Origin: Vitrella brassicaformis CCMP3155
Lineage: Eukaryota; Protista; Chromerida
Reading direction: 5' to 3'
Assembly: GCA_001179505.1 (NCBI GenBank)
Contig: CDMY01000283.1
Location: 72,198 to 136,197 of the forward strand
Length of the DNA stretch: 64,000 nt
Positions 1 to 12,534 of this stretch are shown here, one piece after another. The notes beneath the pieces were generated by a model. The model had not been told where the DNA came from, searched no databases, and worked only from the letters and a program-made list of their open reading frames with translations. Both the position numbers and the translations under genes were made by a program. Position 1 is the stretch's first letter. Each line of letters opens with the position of its first letter.

Positions 1-573
1 GTGCACGTCTGTGCGTGTGTGTGCAGGCGTGTCCCAACACCCGCCACCCCGCGGCGGTCAGCTTCACCTTCTTCAAGGGGCGCAACAAGGTGCGCAGGCA
101 ACACACACACACGCATCCATCCAGCCACCACATTGTCTGCATATCTCTGTGTGCGCATATCAATGTGTGTGCAGTTCATCAAGTGTTTCTGGTGCGGGGA
201 GTACGGGCATGGCTACCTCGACTGCCTGGATTTCCGCGCGAAACTCGCCTCTGCCAAGCCCAATTGAGTACGCAAAGACCAGACATCCACACAAAGATAC
301 GCCCACACACCGACGCACACACCCTTAGATGCCCGACATGGCTGTCTGTGTGTGTGCAGAACCCATTCTGGATCATCGAGGCGCCCGCCGTGACGGCTTT
401 CGTGCTGACCCTCAAGCTCGAGCCCGCCAAGCCCGAGCCCGCCATGCCCGAGCCCGCCAAGCCCAACAAGAAGGGCAAGAAGGTACGCACATGGGCACAC
501 ACATCCACTCATTCACTCGTTTGCTTTCACACTGTGTGTCGGTGTGTAGAAGTGGATGCCGAAGAACGCCTAG
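1..573 (+). pseudogene. Family B zinc-knuckle micro-exon gene, 3' part with premature stop
   Basis: Exon 175-267 reads FIKCFWCGEYGHGYLDCLDFRAKLASAKPN* (CX2CX4HX4C then TGA). It is followed by an NPFWIIEAP exon and WMPKNA* at 553-573. Confidence 0.75.
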
Positions 574-649
574 GCCGGCAAAGCCATGCAGTAGGTGGCC
601 AGAGCAGACCGACTAACTCGTCTGTATGCCCACCGGCCTGTTTGTCTGC

Positions 650-1260
650 AGGCGGTCCATCGCTGCTTACATTTTATATTCGATGGGCATCTTTCCCCTT
701 CAACGCTCCGCATCATGTGTGAGCCGCTTAAGGACGTCGATCTATCGGTAGACACGTGTCTCTTGTGTGGCCCTGTGCCGTCTCAGGAGAAGTGGCTCAA
801 CCACGAAAAGACTTGTCTTCTGTCCTCTTCTCTCTGTGGCTGGGTGGTGTGCAGATCGCTGGCTACATTTCATTTTTTGATCGGCCGATGACAGCCCCCT
901 TCGACCGCACTGCCTTGCTGGCCGTTTGCAACTCGAAGGTGAGCTGTCGAAGTATTCTTTACTGATCAAGCCGTGTGTACGTGTCTCGTGTCTCTGCGTG
1001 TGCAGATGGATCGCCGTCTCCCTCTGACATCTCCGATGCGCCTGCCTACTTCATCCATTTAGCCTGCCCCCGGGCGGCCCCACAGGTACGGAAGTGAGGG
1101 AGACACAAAAGAGGCGACAATCAAGATATGCTCATGTCTCTTCTCTTTCGTCTGTCTGTCTGTCTACGCATCTTTGGCCGCTCTGCCGGCCCCCGAGAGA
1201 CGCCTCCTCTATCTGGCCCGCCAGTGACACGGACACGGACACAGATGCCTCCATGGCTGT
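650..1260 (+). pseudogene. Family A exon remnants
   Basis: Exons homologous to other A copies (RTALLAVCxSK; MDRRLPLTSP; ASLAALPAPERRLL), with indels relative to them. Confidence 0.6.
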
Positions 1261-1647
1261 CTATGGCCATGTGTGTGTCTGTGTGTATGTGTGTGTGTCT
1301 GATGATTTCACGACACCCAGGAGGCCAAGGTATAGCACACACACACAAGTCTAACGATTCGCTGCTGTGATACATCGAAGTGTGTCTGTGTGTGTGCAAG
1401 ACCCCAGATTCTACGTGGTGCCCGCCCCAGGTGCGGAGACCGCCCAGATCGCCCAGAAAGCCGAGACCGCCCAGACCGCCCAGAAGGAGGAAGGGCACCA
1501 CGCTTTCCTTTTCACTCACCTTTAACTCCCGAGGCGGCGAGAGGGCGGTGCCGTGCACTCCCTCATTCTATCTCTGCTTAGCTGAGTAGCTATAGTCCAC
1601 CAGCTTGCTGAATAGTCCACTAGCTTGAGGGGCCCTTACTCACCAAC

Positions 1648-2610
1648 ATGACGAGATGCCTGATGAAGAAGTTCTACAAGAAGGCCACGAAGGTACACAG
1701 GGAGGGGGGCTGAGGGAAAGGCACCACGAGGGAGTCGGGGGGAGGCACCTCGGGGAGCTTGTCTTCGTCTGCCTATCCGTGACGCAGGCCGTCGTCGAGG
1801 TGCCGGAGGACCAGCGCCCGCTGTGGTGAGTGGAGCGTGGATGTGGGCTGCCTCACACCGTCCGTCGTCCGTCGCCCGGTCCGTTTATCGTGATGGGGCG
1901 TCATGGTCAACGTCATGGGCAGTTTCCTTGTAGGAGTGGTCGTCAGCAAGGTCGTGGGCGTGCGGAGCGATGCGAGAAGCAGGTATGCGAAGCGAGGGAG
2001 GGTGATGAGGGAAGATCAGGGAAGAAGAAGGCATGTCGGGAGCCGTTCCTGCGGCTTGATCTTTCGCAGGAGCAGGTTGTCAGAGAGCCGCCCTCCCCGA
2101 CGGCTAGCACCACCACCACCACCACCAACGACACCATCACCAAGGTGCGCAGAGTGACACACACTTGCATTCACGCGCATACAGATGCCTTCATGCCTGT
2201 CCCTGCCTCTGTGTGTGTGTGTGTGTGTGTGTGTCTGTGTGCTCTGATCACAGGGTTTCCAGTTTGCCCAGGACAAGGAGGTGAGCATGACACACGCACA
2301 ATTGACGAATGGATGTCTTATCGGTTGTGGCTGTATGTGTCTGACAGAACTATCCCACGCTCCTGCCGGGCGTCAAGGACAGCTACACCACTACGCCGCC
2401 GGCCAAGGTATGCAGAAGTGTACACATGCACCTGTCCACAGGGACTGTGGAACAACACTTCCAAGGCCGTGTTCGCCAGGAGCACTTGGACCGCTTTGCC
2501 AGGATGTTGGACGAGATCAACTGAGGAGCTCAACGCTCAAGAGGGGGAGACCGCCAAATTGAAGGCCAAGGAAGCACAAGAAGCGCGCAAGAAAGCCAAA
2601 GCCCACGAGG
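1648..2610 (+). pseudogene. Family C coiled-coil gene interrupted by the 5' half of a family B gene
   Basis: MTRCLMKKFYKKATK and AVVEVPEDQRPL exons (C), then MGRHGQRHG exon 1 at 1893 through exon 5 of B, joined inside an exon to EHLDRFARMLDEIN (C; compare 12030-12310). Confidence 0.65.
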
Positions 2611-2839
2611 TACTCAGGCGAAACATACATCAGCCGTTGCCGCGCATATGGACTTTGAGCTATGATGCATCTGCTGTTATGAGTGCAGCGTAAGGTAACA
2701 CGTGTCCGGATCGCCGTTAAGCGCGCCAAGAATGCCCAGGCACGAGAGGAACAGGAGACGGCACACGTATGAAAGAAAATCGTGTCACTTATCGCATCTG
2801 GATGGATGGTTTTGTGTATGTCTGCGTGTCTGTGTGCAG

Positions 2840-3990
2840 CTGATCCGTATCACCTCTGGCAAGCTCGAAGTCCGTCAGCGCATCCACCCCTCCCCAGACA
2901 CACATCGGCAACCGTATGCGCACACACACCGAGATGCACAAGCACGGTGTGAGAACACGACCGGTCACTGTGAGAGTCATCCTCTTGTGTGTCTGTACTC
3001 GCAGATCGAATCGTTGTCTACGTTTTATATTCGTCGGCATATCTTCGCTTCTTCGCAGTCATGTCTCCGACAGGATCAGACCAAGACCTCGATGGCAAAG
3101 ACATACATGCAATACATCAGGAATACTTTGTCTTCACTTCTGTTCTCTCTGTGGCTGGGTGGTGTGCAGATCGCTGGCTACATTTTATATCCGATCGACC
3201 AATGACGACCCCTTCAACCGCACTGCCTTGCTGGCCGTTTGCACATCGAAGGTGAGCTGCAAAAGTATTCTATACTGATCAAGCCGTGTGTACGTGTCTC
3301 GTGTCTCTGCGTGTGCAGATGGATCGCCGTCTCCCTCTTACATCTCCGAGGCTCCTACCTACTTCATCCATTTAGCCTGCCCCCGGGCGGCCCCATAGGT
3401 ACGGAAGTGAGGGAGACACAAAAGAGGTGGTAATCAAGATTTGCTCATGTCTATTCTCTTTCGTCTGTCTGTCTGTCTACGCATCTTTGGCCGCTCTGCC
3501 GGCCCCCGAGAGACGCCTCCTCTATCTACTGGCCCGCTACCCCACTGGCCAGCCCACGGCTTACAGCCTCCGCCCACAGCTGCCAGATGGAGGCAGCTAT
3601 AAGGTACGCTGCCTGACGTGATGTGGGTACTCACCTGTGTGTTCCCATCTGTTCTGCGATCCTCAGGAAGTCATTCGTCTCCTTAAGGAGAAGTTGCGCG
3701 CCGAGCGGAACAAGAGGGCCAGGAAGGAGGGCCCTCTAGAGCAGGTAGGAGGGAGAGGGAAGGCGGGCCAATGGCTGCCAACGACCTCTGCTGCCCTGTC
3801 TTTCAGGAGATCCTGAAGTTGTGCCGGGTGAACTCTGAGTTGAACCAGGTAAGATCATCGACTTGAGCACATGCCAATCTGAATGCCGTGTGGTGTGTGC
3901 GTAGGAGCTGACGGCCAAGAAGGGCGACAACCGTCAACTGCTGGAGCAGCTCACCGATAATAACTTCAAGAAACCTGCACGCAAGGTAAG
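2840..3990 (+). pseudogene. D + family A block (coiled-coil exons)
   Basis: IESLSTFYIRRH exon; DDDPFNRTALLAVCTSK; then phase-0 exons EVIRLLKEKLRAERNKRARKEGPLEQ, EILKLCRVNSELNQ and ELTAKKGDNRQLLEQL. Repeated at ~7985-9158 and ~12535-13705. Confidence 0.65.
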
Positions 3991-4139
3991 CATGAAAGGA
4001 GTATGCACCTCCTTCAATCATGCGTTTGTGTGTGTGTGTGGGTTTGTGTGTCAGACGACAGCGACGCAGACGGTATCACTGACACATGGGCAGATCGACG
4101 TCCATTCTACGTCTGTGTGTGTGGGTGTGTGTGTAGGTC

Positions 4140-5439
4140 AACGAGCCGAGCGTTGGTGGCGGCGGCGCGGTCCAATCTCCTCCTGCGGTCCAGGTATGTA
4201 CGCGCCACCACTCACTCACAAATGGGCAGATCGACGTCCATTTATTCTACGTTTGTCTGTGTGTGGGTGTGTGTGTAGGTCAACGAGCCCTCTCCGAGGC
4301 GTAATCAACGGCTCCCGTCTGTGTGTGGGTGTGTGTGCAGCTGTGTTCCCACCGCCCCCACCTGCTCACCTACCTCAACTACTACAATCGCGTCAAGGTG
4401 CGCAGGCAGCACACACACACGCATCCACCCAGCCCCCACACAGTCTGCGTATCTCTGCGTGCGCATATCAATGTGTGTGCAGAACAACGTGTATTTCCAT
4501 TGCGGCTGCCCGGGCCATGGCTTCAAGCAGTGCCCGAAGTTCCACGCCAAACTCGCCGAGGCCGCTGCTGCTGCCAAAAACGTACGCAAAGATCGGACGG
4601 CCACACACACACACCGACGCACAAAGCCTTAGATGCCCGACATGGCTGTCTGTGTGGCTGTCTGTGTGCAGGACCCGCGTTTCCACATCGTGCCCGCCCG
4701 GGTGCCGAGATCTCCAAGAACCGTTCCACCACGGCAATTTCCCTGTGGGACCGGTCGTCGAGGTCAGCAGCGCCAGGAGCAGTTGCGTAAGGAGTGGCGC
4801 CGTGTCGTCAAGGTATGCGAAGCGAGGGAGGGTGATGAGGGAGGGAACAGGGAAGGAGAAGGCACGTCGGGAGCCGTTCCTGCGGGCTTGATCTTTCGCA
4901 GGAGCAGGTTGTCATGGAGCCGCCCTCCCCGACGGGCAGCACCGCCAGCACCAGCAACGACATCGACACCGACACGGTGCGCAGAGTGCCGCACACTTGT
5001 ATTCACGCGCGCACACATGCCTGCATGCCTGTCTCTGTCTGTGTGTGTCTGTGTGGCTGTGTGCTCTGATCACAGGGTTCCAACTTCGACAAGAATGTGA
5101 GCACGAGACACACACACTTGACGAATGGACATCTGATGAATTGTGGCTGTGTGTGTCTGACAGAACTTCCCCTCACTGCCGGGCGCCAAGGACAAGCTCA
5201 CCACGACTCCGCGAGACACGGTATGCAGAGGTGACAGACCCGAAACCATCAGACGTGTACACACATGCAACTGTGCACAGGGCAAGTGGGAGAAACGCTC
5301 GAAGAAGGTCATGGAAGCGCCCACGCCCACCAACAGCACCAAAAGCACCACCAACGGCAGCGTGAAGGTGCACACAGTGACACTCACAGACACAGATGCC
5401 TGCATGGCTGTCCATCAATCTGTGTATGTGTGTGTGTCT
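4140..5439 (+). pseudogene. Family B mosaic with degenerate knuckle (NNVYFHCGCPGHGFKQC), fused to a new B 5' half
   Basis: First Cys of the knuckle replaced by Tyr. The DPRFHIVPA exon runs into ELRKEWRRVVK and B exons 2-5. Ends at an N gap. Confidence 0.6.
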
Positions 5440-5739
5440 NNNNNNNNNNNNNNNNNNNNNNNNNNNNNNNNNNNNNNNNNNNNNNNNNNNNNNNNNNNNN
5501 NNNNNNNNNNNNNNNNNNNNNNNNNNNNNNNNNNNNNNNNNNNNNNNNNNNNNNNNNNNNNNNNNNNNNNNNNNNNNNNNNNNNNNNNNNNNNNNNNNNN
5601 NNNNNNNNNNNNNNNNNNNNNNNNNNNNNNNNNNNNNNNNNNNNNNNNNNNNNNNNNNNNNNNNNNNNNNNNNNNNNNNNNNNNNNNNNNNNNNNNNNNN
5701 NNNNNNNNNNNNNNNNNNNNNNNNNNNNNNNNNNNNNNN
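5440..5739. other. Assembly gap (300 N)
   Basis: Run of 300 n; a fixed placeholder size shared by all four gaps. Confidence 0.99.
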
Positions 5740-7640
5740 CCGACATGGCTGTCTGTGTGGCTGTCTGTGTGCAGGACCCGCGTTTCCACATCGTGCCCGC
5801 CCGGGTGCCGAGATCTCCAAGAACCGTTCCACCACGGCAATTTCCCTGTGGGACCGGTCGTCGAGGTCAGCAGCGCCAGGAGCAGTTGCGTAAGGAGTGG
5901 CGCCGTGTCGTCAAGGTATGCGAAGCGAGGGAGGGTGATGAGGGAGGGAACAGGGAAGGAGAAGGCACGTCGGGAGCCGTTCCTGCGGGCTTGATCTTTC
6001 GCAGGAGCAGGTTGTCATGGAGCCGCCCTCCCCGACGGGCAGCACCGCCAGCACCAGCAACGACATCGACACCGACACGGTGCGCAGAGTGCCGCACACT
6101 TGTATTCACGCGCGCACACATGCCTGCATGCCTGTCTCTGTCTGTGTGTGTCTGTGTGGCTGTGTGCTCTGATCACAGGGTTCCAACTTCGACAAGAATG
6201 TGAGCACGAGACACACACACTTGACGAATGGACATCTGATGAATTGTGGCTGTGTGTGTCTGACAGAACTTCCCCTCACTGCCGGGCGCCAAGGACAAGC
6301 TCACCACGACTCCGCGAGACACGGTATGCAGAGGTGACAGACCCGAAACCATCAGACGTGTACACACATGCAACTGTGCACAGGGCAAGTGGGAGAAACG
6401 CTCGAAGAAGGTCATGGAAGCGCCCACGCCCACGCCCACGCCCACGACGACCACCACCGGCAAGACGACCAACAAGGTGCGCACAGTGACACTCATGGAC
6501 ACAGATGCCTGCATGGCTGTCCATCAATCTGTGTATGTGTGTGTGTGTGCAGGTGTGTCCCCACCGCCACCACGTGCCGCTCATCGTGAAGACCAAGGAT
6601 CGCGTCAAGGTGCGCAGGCAGCACACACACACACGCATCCACCCAGCCACCACACTGTCTGCATATCTCTGTGTGCGCATATCAATGTGTGTGCAGAACA
6701 ACCTGTGTTTCCACTGTGGCCAGCCCGGACACTTCCACTCGAACTGCCCGAAGTTGGCCGCCGAGCTCGCCGCCGCTGCTGCTGCTGCTGCCAGAAACGC
6801 ACGCAAAGATCGGACATCCACACATACACACACCGACGCACACACCCTTAGATGTCCGACATGGCTATCTGTGTCTGGCTGTGTGCAGGACCCCAGATTC
6901 TACATCGTGCCCGCCCCTGGTGCCGCCACCCAGAAGACCACGGAGACCGCCAACAAGAAGGTGCGCACGCACACCACCAAGGTAGGTAGATGGACACACA
7001 TCCACACATCCACTCATTGGCTTTCACATACTGTGTTGGTGTGTGTGTGTGTGTGTGTGTGTCGAAGTGGGTGTCCAAGACCAAGGCGGCCGGCACGCCT
7101 TAGGCGCACAACACCACCCACACCCTCACACCACCACCACGCCACGGCCAAACTCTAGGCCAACCACTGCGTCAAGGTGTGCAGGCAACTCACACACACA
7201 CACAAACACACATCCATCCATCCATTCGTCTGTCTGTCTACGTATCTCTGTGTGCGCATATCAATGTTTGCGCTGCAGGTGTGCTTCTGGTGCGGGGAAC
7301 CCGGCCACGGATACCTCGACTGCCTGGATTTCCGCGCCAAGCTCGCCGCTGCCAAGCCCAATCCAGTATGCAAAGACCAGACATCCACACAAAGATACGC
7401 GCACACACCGACGCACATCCTGAGATGCCCGACATGGCTATCTGTCTGGGTGTGTGCAGAACCCGTTCTGGATTATCGAGGCGCCGAGCGTTACGGCCCC
7501 CGTGCTGACCGTCAAGACGGAGCCCGCCAAGCAGACCAAGAAGCCATCGGAGAAGGTAGGCAGATGGGCACACACATCCATTCATTTGTTTTCACGCTGT
7601 GTGATGGTGTGCGTAGATGTGGATGCCGAAGAAGTCCGCC
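5740..7640 (+). pseudogene. Family B copy with two knuckle cassettes
   Basis: NNLCFHCGQPGHFHSNCPK (~6696), then DPRFYIVPAP and WVSKTKAAGTP*; a second cassette follows with VCFWCGEPGHGYLDC (~7280), NPFWIIEAP and WMPKK. Confidence 0.65.
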
Positions 7641-7984
7641 TGTCCGTTTGTGTGTCTTGTCAGTAATTGGACAGCAGGTTTGCTTGCGTACAGACACCCA
7701 AGACACACACGCATCTATCCATCCATGCCTTTCCATCCATCTGTCCGTGCAGATTGCTGGCTACATTTTATATTTGATCGACTGATGACAAGCCCGCAAC
7801 CCTGCCTTATCCCGCCGTGACGGGGACCCCCGCTTCTACGTTGTGCCGATCGCTGTTAAGCGCGCGAAGAATGCCCAGGCACGAGAGGAACAGGAGACGG
7901 CACACGTATGAAAGAGAAAACGTGTCACTTATCGCATCTGGATGGATGCACTCCTTGTGTGTGTGTCTGCGTGTGTGTGTGTGC

Positions 7985-9158
7985 AGCTGATCCGTCTCAT
8001 CACTGACAAGGCCACTACTACGCCTGTCGAGGCCAACACGGTTCGTCAGCGCCCCGCCCCTCCCCCAGACACACATCGGCAACCGTATGCGCACACACAC
8101 CGAGATGCACAAGCACGGTGTGAGAACACGACCGGTCACTGTGAGAGTCATCTTTTTGTGTGTCTGTACTCGCAGATCGAATCGTTGTCTACGTTTTACA
8201 TTCGTCGGCATATCTTCGCTTCTTCGCAGTCATGTCTCCAACAGGACCAGACCAAGACCTCGATGGCAAAGACATACATGCAATACATCAGGAATACTTT
8301 GTCTTCACTTCTGTTCTCTCTGTGGCTGGGTGGTGTGCAGATCGCTGGCTACATTTTATATCCGATCGACCGATGACGACCCCTTCAACCGCACTGCCTT
8401 GCTGGCCGTTTGCACATCGAAGGTGAGCTCTTGAAGTATTCTATACTGACCAAGTCGTGTGTAAGAGGAGGCCTCTGCGTGTGCAGATGGATCGCCGTCT
8501 CCCTCTTACATCTCCGATGCGCCTGCCTACTTCATCCATTTAGCCTGCCCCCGGGCGGCCCCACAGGTACGGAAGTGAGGGAGACACAAAAGAGGTGATA
8601 ATCAAGATATGCTCATGTCTCTTCTCTTTCGTCTGTCTGTCTACGCATCTTTGGCCGCTCTGCCGGCCCCCGAGAGACGCCTCCTCTATCTACTGGCCCG
8701 CTACCCCACTGGCCAGCCCACGGCTCACAGCCTCCTCCCACAGCTGCCAGATGGAGGCAGCTATAAGGTAGGCTGCCTGACGTGATGTGGGTACTCACCT
8801 GTGTGTTCCCATCTGTTCTGCGATCCTCAGGAAGTCATTCGTCTCCTTAAGGAGAAGTTGCGCGCCGAGCGGAACAAGAGGGCCAAGAAGGAGGGCCCTC
8901 TAGAGCAGGTAGGAGGGAGAGGGAAGGCGGGCCAATGGCTGCCAACGACCTCTGCTGCCCTGTCTTTCAGGAGATCCTGAAGTTGTGCCGGGTGAACTCT
9001 GAGTTGAACCAGGTAAGATCATCGACTTGAGCACATGCCAATCTGAATGCCGTGTGGTGTGTGCGTAGGAGCTGACGGCCAAGAAGGGCGACAACCGTCA
9101 ACTGCTGGAGCAGCTCACCGATAATAACTTCAAGAAACCTGCACGCAAGGTAAGCATG
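7985..9158 (+). pseudogene. D + family A block, near-identical duplicate of 2840-3990
   Basis: ORF-track translations are nearly identical (3736..3930 vs 8900..9094), offset ~5.16 kb. Ends at an N gap. Confidence 0.65.
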
Positions 9159-9458
9159 NNNNNNNNNNNNNNNNNNNNNNNNNNNNNNNNNNNNNNNNNN
9201 NNNNNNNNNNNNNNNNNNNNNNNNNNNNNNNNNNNNNNNNNNNNNNNNNNNNNNNNNNNNNNNNNNNNNNNNNNNNNNNNNNNNNNNNNNNNNNNNNNNN
9301 NNNNNNNNNNNNNNNNNNNNNNNNNNNNNNNNNNNNNNNNNNNNNNNNNNNNNNNNNNNNNNNNNNNNNNNNNNNNNNNNNNNNNNNNNNNNNNNNNNNN
9401 NNNNNNNNNNNNNNNNNNNNNNNNNNNNNNNNNNNNNNNNNNNNNNNNNNNNNNNNNN
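9159..9458. other. Assembly gap (300 N)
   Basis: Run of 300 n. Confidence 0.99.
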
Positions 9459-11360
9459 TGTGGCTGTCTGTGTGCAGGACCCGCGTTTCCACATTGTGCC
9501 CGCCCGGGCGCCGAGATCTCCAAGAACCGTTCCACCACGGCAGTTTCCCTGTGGGACCGGTCGTCGAGGTCAGCAGCGCCAGGAGCAGTTGCGTAAGGAG
9601 TGGCGCCGTGTCGTCAAGGTATGCGAAGCGAGGGAGGGTGATAAGGGAGGGAACAGGGAAGGAGAAGGCATGTCGGGAGCCGTTCCTGCGGGCTTGATCT
9701 TTCGCAGGAGCAGGTTGTCATGGAGCCGCCCTCCCCGACGGGCAGCACCGCCAGCACCAGCAACGACATCGACACCGACACGGTGCGCAGAGTGCCGCAC
9801 ACTTGTATTCACGCGCGCACACATGCCTGCATGCCTGTCTCTGTCTGTGTGTGTCTGTGTGGCTGTGTGCTCTGATCACAGGGTTCCAACTTCGACAAGA
9901 ATGTGAGCACGAGACACACACACTTGACGAATGGACATCTGATGAATTGTGGCTGTGTGTGTCTGACAGAACTTCCCCTCACTGCCGGGCGCCAAGGACA
10001 AGCTCACCACGACTCCGCGAGACACGGTATGCAGAGGTGACAGACCCGAAACCATCAGACGTGTACACACATGCAACTGTGCACAGGGCAAGTGGGAGAA
10101 ACGCTCGAAGAAGGTCATGGAAGCGCCCACGCCCACCAACAGCACCAAAAGCACCACCAACGGCAGCGTGAAGGTGCACACAGTGACACTCACAGACACA
10201 GATGCCTGCATGGCTGTCCATCAATCTGTGTATGTGTGTGTGTCTGTGTGTGTCTGTGTGTGTGTGTGTGTGTGTGTGCAGGAGTGCACCCACCGCCACC
10301 ACGTGCCGCTGATCGTGAAGACGAAGGATCGCGTCAAGGTGCGCAGGCAGCACACACACACACGCATCCACCCAGCCACCACACTGTCTTGCGTATCTCT
10401 GTGCGCATATCAATGTGTGTGCAGAACAACGTGTGTTTCCACTGTGGCCAGCCCGGACACTTCCACTCGAACTGCCCGAAGTTGGCCGCCGCTACTGCTG
10501 CTGCCAGAAACGTACGCAAAGATCGGACATCCACACATACACACAACTGCATACACACACACCGACGCACACACCCTTAGATGACCGACATGGCTATTTT
10601 TGTCTGTGTGCAGGACCCCAGATTCTACATCGTGCCCGCCCCTGGTGCCGCCACTCAGAAGACCACGGAGACCGCCAACAAGAAGGTGCGCACGCACACC
10701 ACCAAGGTACGTAGATGGACACACATCCACACATCCACTCATTGGCTTTCACATACTGTGTTGGTGTGTGTGTGTGTGTGTGTGTCGAAGTGGGTGTCCA
10801 AGACCAAGGCGGCCGGCACGCCTTAGGCGCACAACACCACCCACACCCTTACACCACCACCACGCCGCGGCCAAACTCTAGGCCAACCACTGCGTCAAGG
10901 TGTGCAGGCAACACACACACACACAAACACACATCCATCCATCCATTCGTCTGTCTGTCTACGTATCTCTATGTGCGCATATCAATGTTTGCGCTGCAGG
11001 TGTGCTTCTGGTGCGGGGGACCCGGCCACGGATACCTCGACTGCCTGGATTTCCGCGCCAAGCTCGCCGCTGCCAAGCCCAATCCAGTATGCAAGGACCA
11101 GACACCCACACAAAGATACGCGCACACACCGACGCACATCCTGAGATGCCCGACATGGCTATCTGTCTGGGTGTGTGCAGAACCCGTTCTGGATTATCGA
11201 GGCGCCGAGCGTCACGGCCCCCAAGCTGACCAAGATGGAGCCCGCCAAGCAGACCAAGAAGCCATCGGAGAGGGTAAGCAGATGGACACACTCATTCACT
11301 CATTTGTTGTCACGCTGTGTGATGGTGTGCGTAGATGTGGATGCCGAAGAAGTCCGCCTG
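9459..11360 (+). pseudogene. Family B copy with two knuckle cassettes (duplicate of 4640-5439 plus 6530-7640)
   Basis: NNVCFHCGQPGHFHSNCPK (~10425) and VCFWCGGPGHGYLDC (~11000), with the same introns. Confidence 0.65.
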
Positions 11361-11699
11361 TCCGTTTGTGTGTCCTTTCAGTAATTGGACAGCAGGTCTG
11401 CTTGCATACAGACACCCAAGACACACGGATCCATCCATCCATCCATCCATGTTTTTCCATCCATCTGTCTGTGCAGATTGCTGGCTACATTTTATATTTG
11501 ATCGACTGATGACAAGCCCGCAACCCTGCCTTATCCCGCCGTGACGGGGACCCCCGCTTCTACGTTGTGCCGATCGCTGTTGAGCGCTCCAAGGATGCCC
11601 AGGCACGAGAGGAACATGAGACGGCACACGTATGAAAGAAAAGATGTGTTACTTGCCGCATGTGGATGGATGGTTTTGTGTGTGTATGTCTGCGTCTGT

Positions 11700-12400
11700 G
11701 TGTGTGCAGCTGATCCGTCTCATCTCTGGCAAGGCCACTATCACGCCTGTCGAGGCCAACACGGTTCGTCAGCGCCCCCGCCCCTCCCCCAGACACACAT
11801 CGGCAACCACATGGATGGATCTCTTCCTTGTGTGTGTGTGTGTGTGTGTGTGCAGAACTGCGTTGTCGGTGTCAGTTCTTCGGGCAAGGCCACTACCACG
11901 CCTGTCGAGGCCAACACGGTTCGTCAGCGCCCCCGCCCCTCCCCCAGACACACATCGGCAACCATATGCCCACACACACCGAGCCGCCCTGCATCTCGGG
12001 GAGCTTGTCTTTTTCTGCCTATCCGTGACGCAGGCCGTCGTCGAGGTGCCGGAGGATCAGGCGCCCGCTGTGGTGAGTGCAGCGTGGATGTGGGCTGCTC
12101 ACTCCTCTTTCGTGCACTCTTTCGCAGATGGAAGAGGAGATCAAGGAGCTGGAGCTGCGCAAAGAACAGAAACGCTAGGAGCACTTGGACCGCTTTGTCA
12201 GGATGTTGGACGAGATCAACTGAGGAGCTCAACGCTCGAGAGGGGGACACCGCCAGATTGAAGGCCAAGGAAGCACAAGAAGCGCGCAAGAAAGCCAAAG
12301 CCCACGAGGTCTCAGGCGAAACATACATCAGCCATTGCCGCGTACACGGAAGTCGAGCTATGATGCATCTGATGTCATGAGTGCAGCGCAAGGCGACCTG
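11700..12400 (+). pseudogene. D module (duplicated) + family C coiled-coil exons
   Basis: Two GKATxTPVEANT exons; AVVEVPEDQAPA, then MEEEIKELELRKEQKR*EHLDRFVRMLDEIN with an in-frame stop and a frameshift. Confidence 0.6.
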
Positions 12401-12534
12401 CGTTAAGCGCGCGAAGGATACCCAGGCACGGGAGGAACATGAGACGGCGCACGTATGAAAGAAAAGACGTGTCACTTGCCGCATCTGGATGGATGGTTTT
12501 GTGTGTGTGTATGTCTGCGTGTGTGTGTGTGCAG

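Noticed and set aside
1590-1630. Duplicated 14-mer tagtccac(c/t)agctt as a Helitron or transposon end
   Set aside because: Seen once only, with no convincing hairpin-CTRR terminus or target-site duplication.
3171-3205. Conserved TGA after IAGYILYxxxx as selenocysteine or readthrough
   Set aside because: The TGA is explained by GAT-GAC-GAC (DDDPF) codons in another frame that has more typical C-ending codons; I saw no SECIS evidence.
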